Assembly (NCBI GenBank): GCA_001898255.1
Contig: MKTK01000010.1
Location: 95,896-159,895, forward strand
Direction: 5' to 3'
From: Chryseobacterium sp. 39-10
Lineage (GTDB): Bacteria; Bacteroidota; Bacteroidia; Flavobacteriales; Weeksellaceae
DNA: 64,000 bases
How positions within the stretch are numbered: position 1 is the stretch's first letter; every line of letters starts with the position of its first letter. Under the pieces are notes generated by a model that saw only the letters and a list, made by a program, of their open reading frames with translations, was not told where the DNA came from and searched no databases. Of this stretch, positions 38,539 through 48,315 are shown piece after piece. The position numbers were made by a program, and so were the translations under genes.

Positions 38539-39798
38539 ATGACAACCATAGATTTTAATCTGGAATGGAAACTCAAACTCCAGAACCGATTCATTACTTA
38601 TGCGAAAATTTATTCAACCAGTGATCCTGAGAGTGAAACTACGCCATCTACCGAGCGCCAATGGAATATTGCCAACTATATTTTTGAGGAGCTGAACGCA
38701 CTTGGCTTAAGCGACGTCTCAATCGATGAAAACGGTTATATCTACGCCTACCTGCCTTCAAACCTTGAACAGGACGATGAACCTACTGTTGGATTTATCG
38801 CTCATTATGACACCTCGCCCGATTTTAGCGGAGAGAATGTAAATCCTCAGATTTGGGATGATTATCATGGCGGCGATTTGGTGCTTAACCAGCAAACCGG
38901 ATTCACACTTTCGCCATCAAAGTTTGAAAGTTTAAAAGATTATGTAGGCAAAACCCTCATCACAACGGATGGAACAACCCTTCTTGGTGCAGACGATAAA
39001 GCGGGTGTTGCGGAGATTGTAACAGCTGCGGAATTTCTGCTGGCACACCCTGAAATTAAACACAGCCGAATCGCCATTGGTTTTACCCCGGATGAAGAAA
39101 TCGGAAGAGGAGCCCATAAATTTGATGTTGAAAAGTTTGGTGCAAAATGGGCCTACACGATGGATGGTGGCGAAGTAGGCGAACTGGAATATGAAAATTT
39201 CAATGCGGCCGGAGCAGTGGTAAAAATTCATGGGCTCAGCGTACACCCCGGTTATGCTTATGGCAAGATGATTAACGCTGCATTGCTGGCTGCCGAATTT
39301 GTCAGGATGCTTCCCGAGCATGAAACGCCTTCTACCACCAAGTCGTTTGAAGGATTCTACCATTTAACCGATTTAAAAGCAGATGTTTCGGAGGCGAAAA
39401 TCCAGTATATCATTCGGGATCACGATCATGAAAAATTTGAACAAAGGAAAAAATTCATCACCGAGAAGGTTGCAGAGTTCAACAAAAAACATGGTGAAGG
39501 TACCGCAGAAATTGAAGTGAAAGAGCAGTACCGCAACATGAAGCAGCAATTTGAAGGCAAGATGCACATTATCGACATTGCCGAACAGGCGATGAAAGAT
39601 GCCAACATAGAACCCAAAATCAAGGCCATTCGCGGAGGTACCGACGGCGCTCAACTTTCGTACATGGGTTTACCCTGTCCTAATATTTTTGCCGGCGGCA
39701 TCAACTTCCATGGACCCTACGAATATGTGGCTTTAGAATCAATGGAAAAAGCGGTGAAAGTAATTATTAATATTGCCAAAGCCGTTAAGAAAAAATAA
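38539..39798 (+). CDS. pepT: Peptidase T
   Basis: AHYDTS, LGADDKAG, PDEEIG and IRGGTDG motifs. Confidence 0.97.
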   Translation: MTTIDFNLEWKLKLQNRFITYAKIYSTSDPESETTPSTERQWNIANYIFEELNALGLSDVSIDENGYIYAYLPSNLEQDDEPTVGFIAHYDTSPDFSGENVNPQIWDDYHGGDLVLNQQTGFTLSPSKFESLKDYVGKTLITTDGTTLLGADDKAGVAEIVTAAEFLLAHPEIKHSRIAIGFTPDEEIGRGAHKFDVEKFGAKWAYTMDGGEVGELEYENFNAAGAVVKIHGLSVHPGYAYGKMINAALLAAEFVRMLPEHETPSTTKSFEGFYHLTDLKADVSEAKIQYIIRDHDHEKFEQRKKFITEKVAEFNKKHGEGTAEIEVKEQYRNMKQQFEGKMHIIDIAEQAMKDANIEPKIKAIRGGTDGAQLSYMGLPCPNIFAGGINFHGPYEYVALESMEKAVKVIINIAKAVKKK

Positions 39799-39820
39799 AC
39801 CTGTATGATTTTTCATCAGC

Positions 39821-39850
39821 AACCATCGGATAATTTCCGGTGGTTTTTTT
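39821..39850 (+). terminator. pepT terminator
   Basis: AACCATCGGA/TCCGGTGGTT stem with T-run. Confidence 0.75.
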
Positions 39851-39896
39851 CTTTTCATTGATTAAATATCCAGAAAATAGGGGGCCACAGATTTAC

Positions 39897-41236
39897 TTAA
39901 TCAAGATGAAGCTCGTGCTCGATTTCTTCAAGCGATTTTCCTTTCGTTTCGGGAATATAACGAAGAACGAAGAAGTAAGAAAAAACACCAAATATGGCAA
40001 ACAAACCAAACAAAAACTCAACACCAAGCACTGCAATAATGCCCGGTGAAAACTGAATAATGAGAAAAGAAAAAGCCCAGCTCATGGCTGTGGAAAAAGA
40101 CATGGCCGTGCTTCGAATTCGTTGGGATAAATTTCTGATATCACCACCCACATGATAGGCGACCAAGTGGCAGCAAAAAATGCAATATAAGCAAATAGCG
40201 CTAATGACATGCCAATTCCTTCCATTTTAAAAACGGTGGCAATCACCAAATAAAGTAACGCCAATGTTGAACCTACGGAACCGATTAAAAGTAATTTTTT
40301 TCGCCCTAACCAATCTACAAAACCCAAAGCTACAACGGTAAAAACAACATTGACTACTCCGATGATAATAGATTGCATAAAAGGATCTGTTGCAGAACCC
40401 ATCTGTTTGAATAAAACCGGCGCATAATTGACCACGGCATTAATGCCCATTATCTGTTGAAGCACAGCTAACAACGTACCCAGCAGAACAACTTTCCCTA
40501 TGTTTCCACGGAAAATATCAGAGAAAACAACCTTCTCCTCAGCACTTGCTTCTGTGAAAGAAGTTTGCAGTGCATTATATTCTTTTCGTCCGTCTTTTTT
40601 GCCCATCATCCAATAAAGTACGTCCCGGGCTTTTGCTTTAAGCCCCTTTGCCATAAGCCACCGTGGGCTATGAGGCAGTATAAACAAAGCAAGCAAAAGA
40701 AAAACGATACTAAAAACAAAAGGTACAGCCAACATATAGTGCCACGCCACTGCGGGTGCCAATCTTTCTTTGAAATAAAAATTAATGAGATAAGCAAACA
40801 GAATCCCGATCGTAATGGCAAATTGATTAAAGGAAACCAATGTTCCGCGCTTGTCGGAGGGCGAAATTTCTGAAATGTACATAGGCGAAACCACCGATAC
40901 CGCCCCTACCACTAATCCCGAAATAAAGCGCAATACAATAACCCAGACAATGGATTGTGCATAAAAAAGCCCCAGCGAAGTAAGCGCCATGATGATGGCA
41001 CTCAAAATGAAAACGCCACGCCGGCTGATGATGTCTGCAAGTTGACCCACAAAAAAAGAACCCACCAAACAGCCCAGTGTAAGAATGCTTACTGCTAAAC
41101 CGATACTATTACTGGAAAGCCCAAAAATTTGCTGAATACTGTCAACGCATCCAGAGATTCCAGCCATGTTCAGACCATATAAAAGTCCTCCATTGGCAGC
41201 GATAAAAGTAATAAGGTAAATTTTTTTGTTGTCCAT
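39897..41236 (-). pseudogene. Sugar porter MFS transporter with a single-base frameshift
   Basis: Split across ORFs 40082-41236 and 39897-40166; SEIYPN|RIRSTAM...PETKGKSLEEIE continues in the shifted frame near 40120. Confidence 0.85.
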
Positions 41237-41353
41237 ATCATCAACATTGATGGATCAAAGTTAGGAAAAGTTTTGATAAATGAGTTTGACGCATCATGGA
41301 AAGATCTTAGGAGCGTAAGCGGGAAATTGAACGCCTCAGCATAAATTATCAAT

Positions 41354-41383
41354 AAAAAAACCACCGAAAATTTCGGTGGTTTT
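41354..41383 (-). terminator. tRNA-Asn terminator
   Basis: AAAACCACCGAAA/TTTCGGTGGTTTT stem. Confidence 0.85.
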
Positions 41384-41384
41384 G

Positions 41385-41458
41385 CTCCTCTTCTTGGGCT
41401 CGAACCAAGGACCCTCTGATTAACAGTCAGATGCTCTAACCAACTGAGCTAAAGAGGA
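41385..41458 (-). tRNA. tRNA-Asn(GTT), CCA not encoded
   Basis: TCCTCTT TAGCTCAGTTGGTTAGAGC ATCTGACT GTT AATCAGA...GGTTCGAGCC...AAGAGGAG; TATATTTG promoter at 41484-41491. Confidence 0.97.
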
Positions 41459-41531
41459 AGATTACTTTTGCTTTTAGCGTGTGCAAATATAAAAACTTTT
41501 TTACTACTGCCAAAATAATTTAAGAAAATTT

Positions 41532-42869
41532 CTAAAATTTTCCGGTAATCCATTTTACAATGTCGCTACCAAAGATCAAAACCATTAAACCTAATAGAAA
41601 AATCACCCCGATCATCTGTGCATTTTCGAGAACTTTTTGAGGCACTGGTTTTCCTGTAATCATTTCCCATAGCGTAAACATAACATGTCCGCCATCTAAT
41701 CCCGGAATCGGTATAAGGTTGAGGAAAGCCAACCATACTGAAAACATGGCGGTGAAACTCCAGAAAAACTCCCAATTGATGGTTTCGGGCATTTGCTTGA
41801 TAATCCCAATAGGCCCAGCTACTTTTTTATAACCTTCTGTTTTGGTATTGAAGATAATTTTGAACTGCTTCACCTGCATCGTTAACACATCAATGGTTCT
41901 TTGAAAACCCCGTGGAATGGATTCGAGAAAAGTATAGCTCTTTACGACTTGTGTTTTCTCAAACTCCTTCTGAGCGACAGAGGTATCGGTAGTAAAGCCA
42001 AGTTTCCCCTGTGGATCAACTTTTACCTCAATTTTCTGAGGAACATGATTTCTTTGGATATCCAAGGTAATATTCTGATTCTTATACCGAGCGAGTTCCT
42101 TTGAAAACTGGTCGAAAAATGCAACAGGTTTTCCATTGACACCCGTAATTTCATCGCCCTTAATCAACCCTGCCGCTTTTGCATTACCAGTAGGTGTTAA
42201 GCTGTCGATAACAGTCGGAAAACGTGGTGCAAAATAAGCCTTGGCTTCCCTTTGCGCTAAAACCTCAGCAACGCCATCTTCATTGACAGGAAAGGTAACT
42301 TCTTTACCGTCTCTCATCACCGTTACATTATTGGCAAATAACATGTTAACCGTAGAGGTTTCCATTCTTTCCGCTGGCTTTCCGTCGATTTTTAAAATTC
42401 GGTCTCCGGTGTGAAGCCCCATTTTCTTTCCAGCGTCGGTTACCGCAATACCATTTTCGAATTTGGCATTATCATGAAAGGTTTCTCCTTTGAAGTAACT
42501 TAGACACGAATAGATGAGCCAAGCCAAAAAGAAATTGACGGTGACACCACCCATCATGATAATCAACCTTTGCCATGCCGGCTTACTGCGAAATTCCCAC
42601 GGCTCTGCAGGTTTTTTCAACTGTTCGGTATCCATACTTTCGTCCACCATTCCGGCAATTTTTACATAGCCCCCGAAAGGTAACCATCCAATACCGTATT
42701 CGGTTCCGCCTATTTTTTTCTTAACAATAGAGAACCATGGATCGAAGAAAAGATAGAACTTTTCTACTTTTGTTTTAAATAGTTTTGCGGGAATAAAATG
42801 CCCGAGTTCATGAAGAATAACAAGGATTGATATGCTTAGTATAAACTGAAATAACTGTATTAATGTCAT
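41532..42869 (-). CDS. rseP: RIP metalloprotease RseP
   Basis: HELGH, PDZ domains and NLIPIPGLDGG. Confidence 0.96.
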   Translation of the reverse strand: MTLIQLFQFILSISILVILHELGHFIPAKLFKTKVEKFYLFFDPWFSIVKKKIGGTEYGIGWLPFGGYVKIAGMVDESMDTEQLKKPAEPWEFRSKPAWQRLIIMMGGVTVNFFLAWLIYSCLSYFKGETFHDNAKFENGIAVTDAGKKMGLHTGDRILKIDGKPAERMETSTVNMLFANNVTVMRDGKEVTFPVNEDGVAEVLAQREAKAYFAPRFPTVIDSLTPTGNAKAAGLIKGDEITGVNGKPVAFFDQFSKELARYKNQNITLDIQRNHVPQKIEVKVDPQGKLGFTTDTSVAQKEFEKTQVVKSYTFLESIPRGFQRTIDVLTMQVKQFKIIFNTKTEGYKKVAGPIGIIKQMPETINWEFFWSFTAMFSVWLAFLNLIPIPGLDGGHVMFTLWEMITGKPVPQKVLENAQMIGVIFLLGLMVLIFGSDIVKWITGKF

Positions 42870-42977
42870 TGATTTATAAATATTTTTTTACAATTGGCAA
42901 AGATAGTAATTATCAAAAGCATGCCAAAGAAAAAAGGCCCTCATTACTGAAAGCCCTTTTACCTTTTTTGGCTGATT

Positions 42978-43445
42978 TTACAGTGTAAATTTAAATCCCA
43001 AGCCAAATCTGCCAACATTGTTGCCTCCACCATCGGAGAGAAAAAACTTAGGACGCCAATCTGCAGAAATAGCCAATGGTGCCCCATGAATTTTAAAATC
43101 TAAACCTATTGCCGGTGTGATGTAAAATGAGTTTCCGCCCCCTTTGTTCGCGAACGCAATTCCCGGGCCTGCTCCTACATACCAATTCAGCCCTTTTGCT
43201 CCGCCTAGTGGCGCATTATACTGGTACAATGCCTGTACCGCTGTAGAGCCGTTACCAAAAAGAATGTCGAATTCACCCGCACCGTTACGGGTAAAGAAAT
43301 GTTTCACGTGTGGGCCCACAAAAGTACCACCATCTCCTACATCAATCATCAGTCCTAACCCCGTTTTGTACGATTGCGCACTGGTCTCTGTTGTTCCCAA
43401 GAACATTGCGGATGCGAATAACGCCGCAGAAAGTAACTTTTTCAT
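42978..43445 (-). CDS. Small outer-membrane beta-barrel protein
   Basis: Signal peptide, WYVGAG, terminal GLGFKFTL. Confidence 0.78.
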   Translation of the reverse strand: MKKLLSAALFASAMFLGTTETSAQSYKTGLGLMIDVGDGGTFVGPHVKHFFTRNGAGEFDILFGNGSTAVQALYQYNAPLGGAKGLNWYVGAGPGIAFANKGGGNSFYITPAIGLDFKIHGAPLAISADWRPKFFLSDGGGNNVGRFGLGFKFTL

Positions 43446-43494
43446 AATAATTTATTTTAATTAATGTGATATGTTTGAGCAGGCTTGGTAGCCA

Positions 43495-43935
43495 TTACAA
43501 ATTGATTGAAACACCCAAGCTTCCGTTATTTCCGGCTTCAATAAATGCTCCAAATTTGTCTGTAAAGAAATAGCGAACGCCCAAATGTGCACCCAATCCA
43601 AATGTATTACCCAAAACACCAACATCTAATCCAGGATAAATATCCCATTGTTCCGGCAGGTTGACTAAATTTTGAAGATGAGCATTCACCCGTCCAAAAA
43701 TGAAAAAATTGTTGTTTTTATCATCTTTACTGTTCGAATTAAAATAAAAATTGGCCCCGCCTCCTACAGAAAACAGATCAGAGAGTCCGTAATCATAAGT
43801 ACCCGTTAATCCCGTTCCGTTTCCCCATGCACTTAAACCTACCTGAACTTTTTGATCGCCAGATCCACTCCACGCCTGCGCATTTACCATCACTACCGAA
43901 GACAAAATGCCTAATACAAAAATGATTTTTTTCAT
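43495..43935 (-). CDS. Small outer-membrane beta-barrel protein (DUF6646-like)
   Basis: AQAWSGSGDQK, DIYPG and GVRYFFT motifs. Confidence 0.78.
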   Translation of the reverse strand: MKKIIFVLGILSSVVMVNAQAWSGSGDQKVQVGLSAWGNGTGLTGTYDYGLSDLFSVGGGANFYFNSNSKDDKNNNFFIFGRVNAHLQNLVNLPEQWDIYPGLDVGVLGNTFGLGAHLGVRYFFTDKFGAFIEAGNNGSLGVSINL

Positions 43936-44055
43936 AAATTTTTTTAGATTATTTTTTTCACAACAAAAACAAGACCATATTCTGTGATTTGAAGGTGTTG
44001 CTTATCTCAAAAAAAAATCGCAACATTACTTACCCATTTATTACACTTCGAAACA

Positions 44056-44808
44056 ATGAAAATAGCAGCCCTAAATCAAGACATTATCTGGAAAGATCCC
44101 AAAACTAATTTTGCTCTTATTGATAAACAACTAACGGAAGTACAGGCAGATTTATTTCTATTGCCTGAAATGTTTACCACCGGTTTTTGCATGGAACCTG
44201 AAAAAATTGCGGATCAACACGAAGAAACACTGCTTTGGATGAAGTCTTTTGCAGCACAAAAAAAAGTGGCAATTGCGGGAAGTGTGGCCGTAGCTGAAGA
44301 AGGTCATTACTACAATCGTTTCTATTTTGTGAAGCCCGATGGCAACCATCAGTATTATGACAAAGGGCATCTTTTCTCCTACTCTGGTGAAGACCGTGTT
44401 TATACATCAGGCAAAAAGAGGATGATTGTGAGCTATAACGGCTGGAAAATTTTGCTGCAAGTTTGCTATGACCTTAGATTTCCTGTATTCTCAAGAAACA
44501 ATGCGGACTATGATGCTATTTTGTATGTGGCAAACTGGCCGAATTCCAGGATTGATGCATGGCAGACACTGCTTAAAGCAAGGGCCATAGAAAACCAATG
44601 TTATGTTTTCGGGGTAAATCGAATTGGTTCGGATGATAATCATCTTCAATATCCGGAAAGTACATACTGCTTTTTCGCAGATGGCAGCGTTGTTTCAACC
44701 ACGAAAGGCGTCATTGTATCAGCAGAATGGAATGCTGAAAAACTGCTGAACTTTCGCACCAAATTCAGTTTTCTAAATGACCGTGATTGTTTTGAAATTA
44801 CTGATTAG
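44056..44808 (+). CDS. Nitrilase-family omega-amidase (YafV-like)
   Basis: LPEMF, YDKGHLF and VCYDLRFP catalytic triad context. Confidence 0.92.
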   Translation: MKIAALNQDIIWKDPKTNFALIDKQLTEVQADLFLLPEMFTTGFCMEPEKIADQHEETLLWMKSFAAQKKVAIAGSVAVAEEGHYYNRFYFVKPDGNHQYYDKGHLFSYSGEDRVYTSGKKRMIVSYNGWKILLQVCYDLRFPVFSRNNADYDAILYVANWPNSRIDAWQTLLKARAIENQCYVFGVNRIGSDDNHLQYPESTYCFFADGSVVSTTKGVIVSAEWNAEKLLNFRTKFSFLNDRDCFEITD

Positions 44809-45104
44809 CTATAGCTTTTAAGCAAATTTGTAAGCGTATTGACGTCATGAACGCCACTTTCTTTCCAAAGCAACTGTCCTTCTTTGAAAACGGCCAGCGT
44901 AGGAACACCTCGTACACCATACTCAGCAGCAATGGCCGGGTATTGATCGACATCAATTTTAACAATTCTTGCCGTGTCACCAATATTTTCTTTAACAGTA
45001 GTCAACACAGATGATTGCACCTTGCACGGACCACACCAGGTGGCAAAAAAATCAATTAAAACAGGTCGGTCAGAATTGATAAGTTCTTTGAATTTTTGTG
45101 ACAT
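44805..45104 (-). CDS. Thioredoxin
   Basis: WCGPC motif. Confidence 0.95.
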   Translation of the reverse strand: MSQKFKELINSDRPVLIDFFATWCGPCKVQSSVLTTVKENIGDTARIVKIDVDQYPAIAAEYGVRGVPTLAVFKEGQLLWKESGVHDVNTLTNLLKSYS

Positions 45105-45157
45105 TGTAAAAATTTTAAAAGATATTGTTAAAGCAAACGCAAAAAATGAACCGCTGT

Positions 45158-45361
45158 CTATTTTTCAGCTGAATGATCGACTGGCGATATACTGCAACTT
45201 CCTGCCGCACAACCCAACCGAAATACTGCCATCACCACAAAGTAAAGCCCAAAGGGAATCATCCACCAAGTTTGGTCGTTAACCGCCACCAGAATGAAAA
45301 AGAGACCGCCGATTAAATAGGCGAATCGGCGCAAGTCCCAAGTTTTGAAATAATTGATCAT
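45158..45361 (-). CDS. Small membrane protein with CAAGSC motif
   Basis: 2 TM helices plus CxxGxC, inside the operon. Confidence 0.7.
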   Translation of the reverse strand: MINYFKTWDLRRFAYLIGGLFFILVAVNDQTWWMIPFGLYFVVMAVFRLGCAAGSCSISPVDHSAEK

Positions 45362-45393
45362 TTTTTCAATTCATTAATCGGAAGGAAAAACCT

Positions 45394-45615
45394 TCACATT
45401 TTTTCTTTCAATTTCCCCGATTGCTCAAACATCGAGAATAGCAAATAACCCATTATCATACCGTAAACAGATGAGTTGATGGGCTTTGAAGTAATGGCAC
45501 AACTTCCGCTATTGCAGCCAATGAAATGATAATAGGCGTATCCCAAAATGCCACCAACCACCACGCCAACAATTCTCAACTTGTACTTTTCTATAAAAAT
45601 TTTCGTCTTGCTCAT
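45394..45615 (-). CDS. DUF6132-like small membrane protein
   Basis: GYAYYHFIGCNSGSCAITSKP motif. Confidence 0.8.
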   Translation of the reverse strand: MSKTKIFIEKYKLRIVGVVVGGILGYAYYHFIGCNSGSCAITSKPINSSVYGMIMGYLLFSMFEQSGKLKEKM

Positions 45616-45990
45616 CTATCTCTTTTCTTTTTGATGTTGAATAGCCGTCACATTATCCATGGTTTTACCGAAATAGACATTTTTTATTCCTTTACTTGTA
45701 AGAAAATCTAATGCTTTTTTCGATTGCACGCCACGGTTGCAATATAGAACGGTTTGTTTCTGTTTCCTAAAAAAATCAAGGTGATCACCAATCTCGGCCA
45801 AAGGAATATTCACTCCATGCTGCACGGTGCTCTTCTCGAACTGTTCGGGAACCCGCACATCCACCAAGGTAGTTTGCGGATCATTCACGATGGTGGTGAG
45901 ATCTGGTTTTGCAGTAGCGAGCTGCGAGCTGCTTGCTTTACACGACGAAAGCGAAACAACAAAACCCATCATTAAAAGAAGTAAACGCAT
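45616..45990 (-). CDS. Rhodanese-domain lipoprotein
   Basis: Lipobox LSSC, LVDVR and YCNRGVQS. Confidence 0.88.
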   Translation of the reverse strand: MRLLLLMMGFVVSLSSCKASSSQLATAKPDLTTIVNDPQTTLVDVRVPEQFEKSTVQHGVNIPLAEIGDHLDFFRKQKQTVLYCNRGVQSKKALDFLTSKGIKNVYFGKTMDNVTAIQHQKEKR

Positions 45991-45993
45991 GCA

Positions 45994-47400
45994 TTACATT
46001 TTTTTACTTTGACAAACAAAATTGCTTTTAGGGACCGATGTTTCTTTAATTTTATTAAATCCACCATCAACCTCAGAAAAGTTACGAATTCCTCTTGAGT
46101 TCAGGATACTTGCAGCAATCATGCTTCGGTAACCACCGGCACAGTGAATGTAGAAATGCTGACCGTTGCTCAACTCATTTGCCCATTCATTAATATCAGC
46201 AAGAGGCCGTGATAGCGCGTCTTTTACATGTGCAGCATTGTATTCGGAGTCTTTGCGTACATCGATCACTTCGCTATTTTCATTATATTTTGATGCAAAT
46301 TCGTCTGCCGTAATGCGATCGATATGATCAATTTCTTTGCCTGCATTCTTCCAAGCATTAAAGCCACCATTGAGATAGCCAATAACATGATCGAAACCAA
46401 CACGCGACAATCTGGTAATTGCTTCTTCTTCCGTTCCCTCATCGGTCACCAGAAGGATAGGTTGCTTTACATCAACAATCATGGCGCCCACCCACGGTGC
46501 GAAATCACCTTTCAAACCAATGTTAATAGAGTTAGGAACAAAACCTTTGCTAAAATCTGCTGCATTTCTTGTATCGAGAATCAGGCAACCGTTTTCTTCT
46601 GCCACCGTTTCAAAATCGTCCACATTAATCGGCTGATTGCCATTCTTCAGCACATTCTCAAAATTATCGTAGCCGGATTTATTGAGTGCTACATTCATCC
46701 CAAAGTACTTTGGTGGTGCAGAAAGCCCGTCCAATACTTCTCTGACGAACGATGCTTTATCGGGCTGATTAAGTGCATAATTGGTTTTCTTTTGATTCCC
46801 AAGCGTATCCACAGTCTCCTTCTGCATGTTTTTTCCACAGGCCGAACCTGCTCCGTGCGCCGGATAAACAATAATATCATCAGCCAGAGGAAGAATTCTA
46901 TTCTGTAGACTGTCATAAAGAATACCAGCGAGTTGCTCCTGGGTCATGTTCGCCGCTTTCTGAGCCAAATCTGGACGGCCTACATCGCCAAGAAACAAAG
47001 TATCTCCGCTAAAGATGGCTGTCTCTTTTCCGTTTTCATCCATGAGCAAATAAGTGGAGCTCTCCATGGTATGACCTGGTGTGTGCAGCACTTTAATCTT
47101 TACCTGACCAATATCAAAGATTTGATTATCTTCTGCGATTATGGCATCAAATTCGGGTTTCGCGGTGGGTCCATAAACAATCTGCGCGCCGGTTTGTTTT
47201 GCCAAATCCACATGTCCTGACACAAAATCTGCATGAAAATGGGTCTCGAAAATGTATTTAAGTTTCACGCCGTCTTTTTCCAGCCGATCCATGTACGGTT
47301 TTGTCTCACGTAGCGGATCAATAATGGCTGCTTCTTTGCCGGAAACGATATAATACGCTCCCTGCGCAAGGCAACCGGTATATATTTGTTCTATTTTCAT
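45994..47400 (-). CDS. Persulfide dioxygenase-rhodanese fusion (CstB-like)
   Basis: ETHFHADFVSG, TPGHT, GRPDL, two rhodanese domains with HCAGGYRS. Confidence 0.9.
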   Translation of the reverse strand: MKIEQIYTGCLAQGAYYIVSGKEAAIIDPLRETKPYMDRLEKDGVKLKYIFETHFHADFVSGHVDLAKQTGAQIVYGPTAKPEFDAIIAEDNQIFDIGQVKIKVLHTPGHTMESSTYLLMDENGKETAIFSGDTLFLGDVGRPDLAQKAANMTQEQLAGILYDSLQNRILPLADDIIVYPAHGAGSACGKNMQKETVDTLGNQKKTNYALNQPDKASFVREVLDGLSAPPKYFGMNVALNKSGYDNFENVLKNGNQPINVDDFETVAEENGCLILDTRNAADFSKGFVPNSINIGLKGDFAPWVGAMIVDVKQPILLVTDEGTEEEAITRLSRVGFDHVIGYLNGGFNAWKNAGKEIDHIDRITADEFASKYNENSEVIDVRKDSEYNAAHVKDALSRPLADINEWANELSNGQHFYIHCAGGYRSMIAASILNSRGIRNFSEVDGGFNKIKETSVPKSNFVCQSKKM

Positions 47401-47513
47401 CGTAATTATTGGTTTAAACCGATGGCTCGGCATACGTTATTACTGCTTTTTTTAATCCAAACGATTGGTTGTAACTATGGATGAGTACTTCCTTCTGAAT
47501 TTTCTTACAGGAC

Positions 47514-47888
47514 TTACTCGGCTTTTCTGTATTGCACTGGTTGACCTGTTTTACCAGAAAGTTTTCCGCCGGCTCCGTCATCGGTCATCTCCCACATCAA
47601 CTCTTCGCTAGTAAATATCGGATTTCCTGTAACGCTTGTTGTTTTAGCGGAAAGCTTCTTCTCCTCTTGCCCTGATTTTTTAATTTTTACGGCCACCTTA
47701 TCACCTTCTGCAAAGTAAATGACGGTAATTTCTTCCCCGGCTTCGTTTTTCAGCACCTGAGGTTTTTGCTCCAAACTTACTTCTTCAGATTTCACTTCTG
47801 CAATTTTGTCGTCTTGTTTGGTTTGTTGGTGATCTTTACAGGCATTTAGAAAGAATACCGATAAAATAATGATCATTACATTTTTCAT
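47514..47888 (-). CDS. Hypothetical lipoprotein
   Basis: Lipobox LNAC. Confidence 0.75.
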   Translation of the reverse strand: MKNVMIIILSVFFLNACKDHQQTKQDDKIAEVKSEEVSLEQKPQVLKNEAGEEITVIYFAEGDKVAVKIKKSGQEEKKLSAKTTSVTGNPIFTSEELMWEMTDDGAGGKLSGKTGQPVQYRKAE

Positions 47889-47889
47889 A

Positions 47890-48179
47890 TTATGAATGTA
47901 TTGAGGTTAATATAATTTCTTTAACAATAATAAAAAGACCCATTACAAGTACAATGTACCCAAATATGGGCTTCAGTCTGCGGATGTCGATCTTTTTGGA
48001 AACCGACAATCCTATAAAAATTCCGATCATCGACAAGAATGCGATGGCGCCGTGGCAGTAACCGCTTCAAAGCCGAAAGTATACGCAAATACCGGCACCC
48101 CCAATATGCTGCCTCCTCCGCCAATAAGCTCCATGAAAAAACCAATGATAATTGCCGAAAAGTATCCCAGTGTCTCCAT
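47890..48179 (-). pseudogene. Internally deleted TauE/SafE sulfite exporter
   Basis: N-terminus METLGYFSAIIIGFFMELIGGGGSILGVPVFAYTFGFEAVTAT is joined out of frame to C-terminus GAIAFLSMIGIFIGLSVSKKIDIRRLKPIFGYIVLVMGLFIIVKEII...; junction near 48050. Confidence 0.85.
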
Positions 48180-48218
48180 AAATTTTCAGCAAAAATAATC
48201 CATAAGTTGTTTAATTAT

Positions 48219-48234
48219 TGTAACCAAAGTTACA
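48219..48234. promoter_or_regulatory. CRP/FNR-family-type operator
   Basis: Perfect TGTAAC-N4-GTTACA about 30 bp upstream of the minus-strand TATTTTTG box (48190-48197). Confidence 0.6.
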
Positions 48235-48286
48235 TATAAAAATAGAATGCTGCTAAGCCAGCTGTATCCCACTCAATGAATGCAAT

Positions 48287-48304
48287 AAAATGGCCACCCA
48301 TTTT
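48287..48304 (-). terminator. Possible terminator after the TonB receptor
   Basis: AAAATGG/CCATTTT stem, short. Confidence 0.45.
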
Positions 48305-48315
48305 CCCTAATTGAA

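Noticed and set aside
41385-41458. tRNA-Asn as the att site of a prophage or island
   Set aside because: No duplicate of the tRNA 3' end and no integrase nearby.
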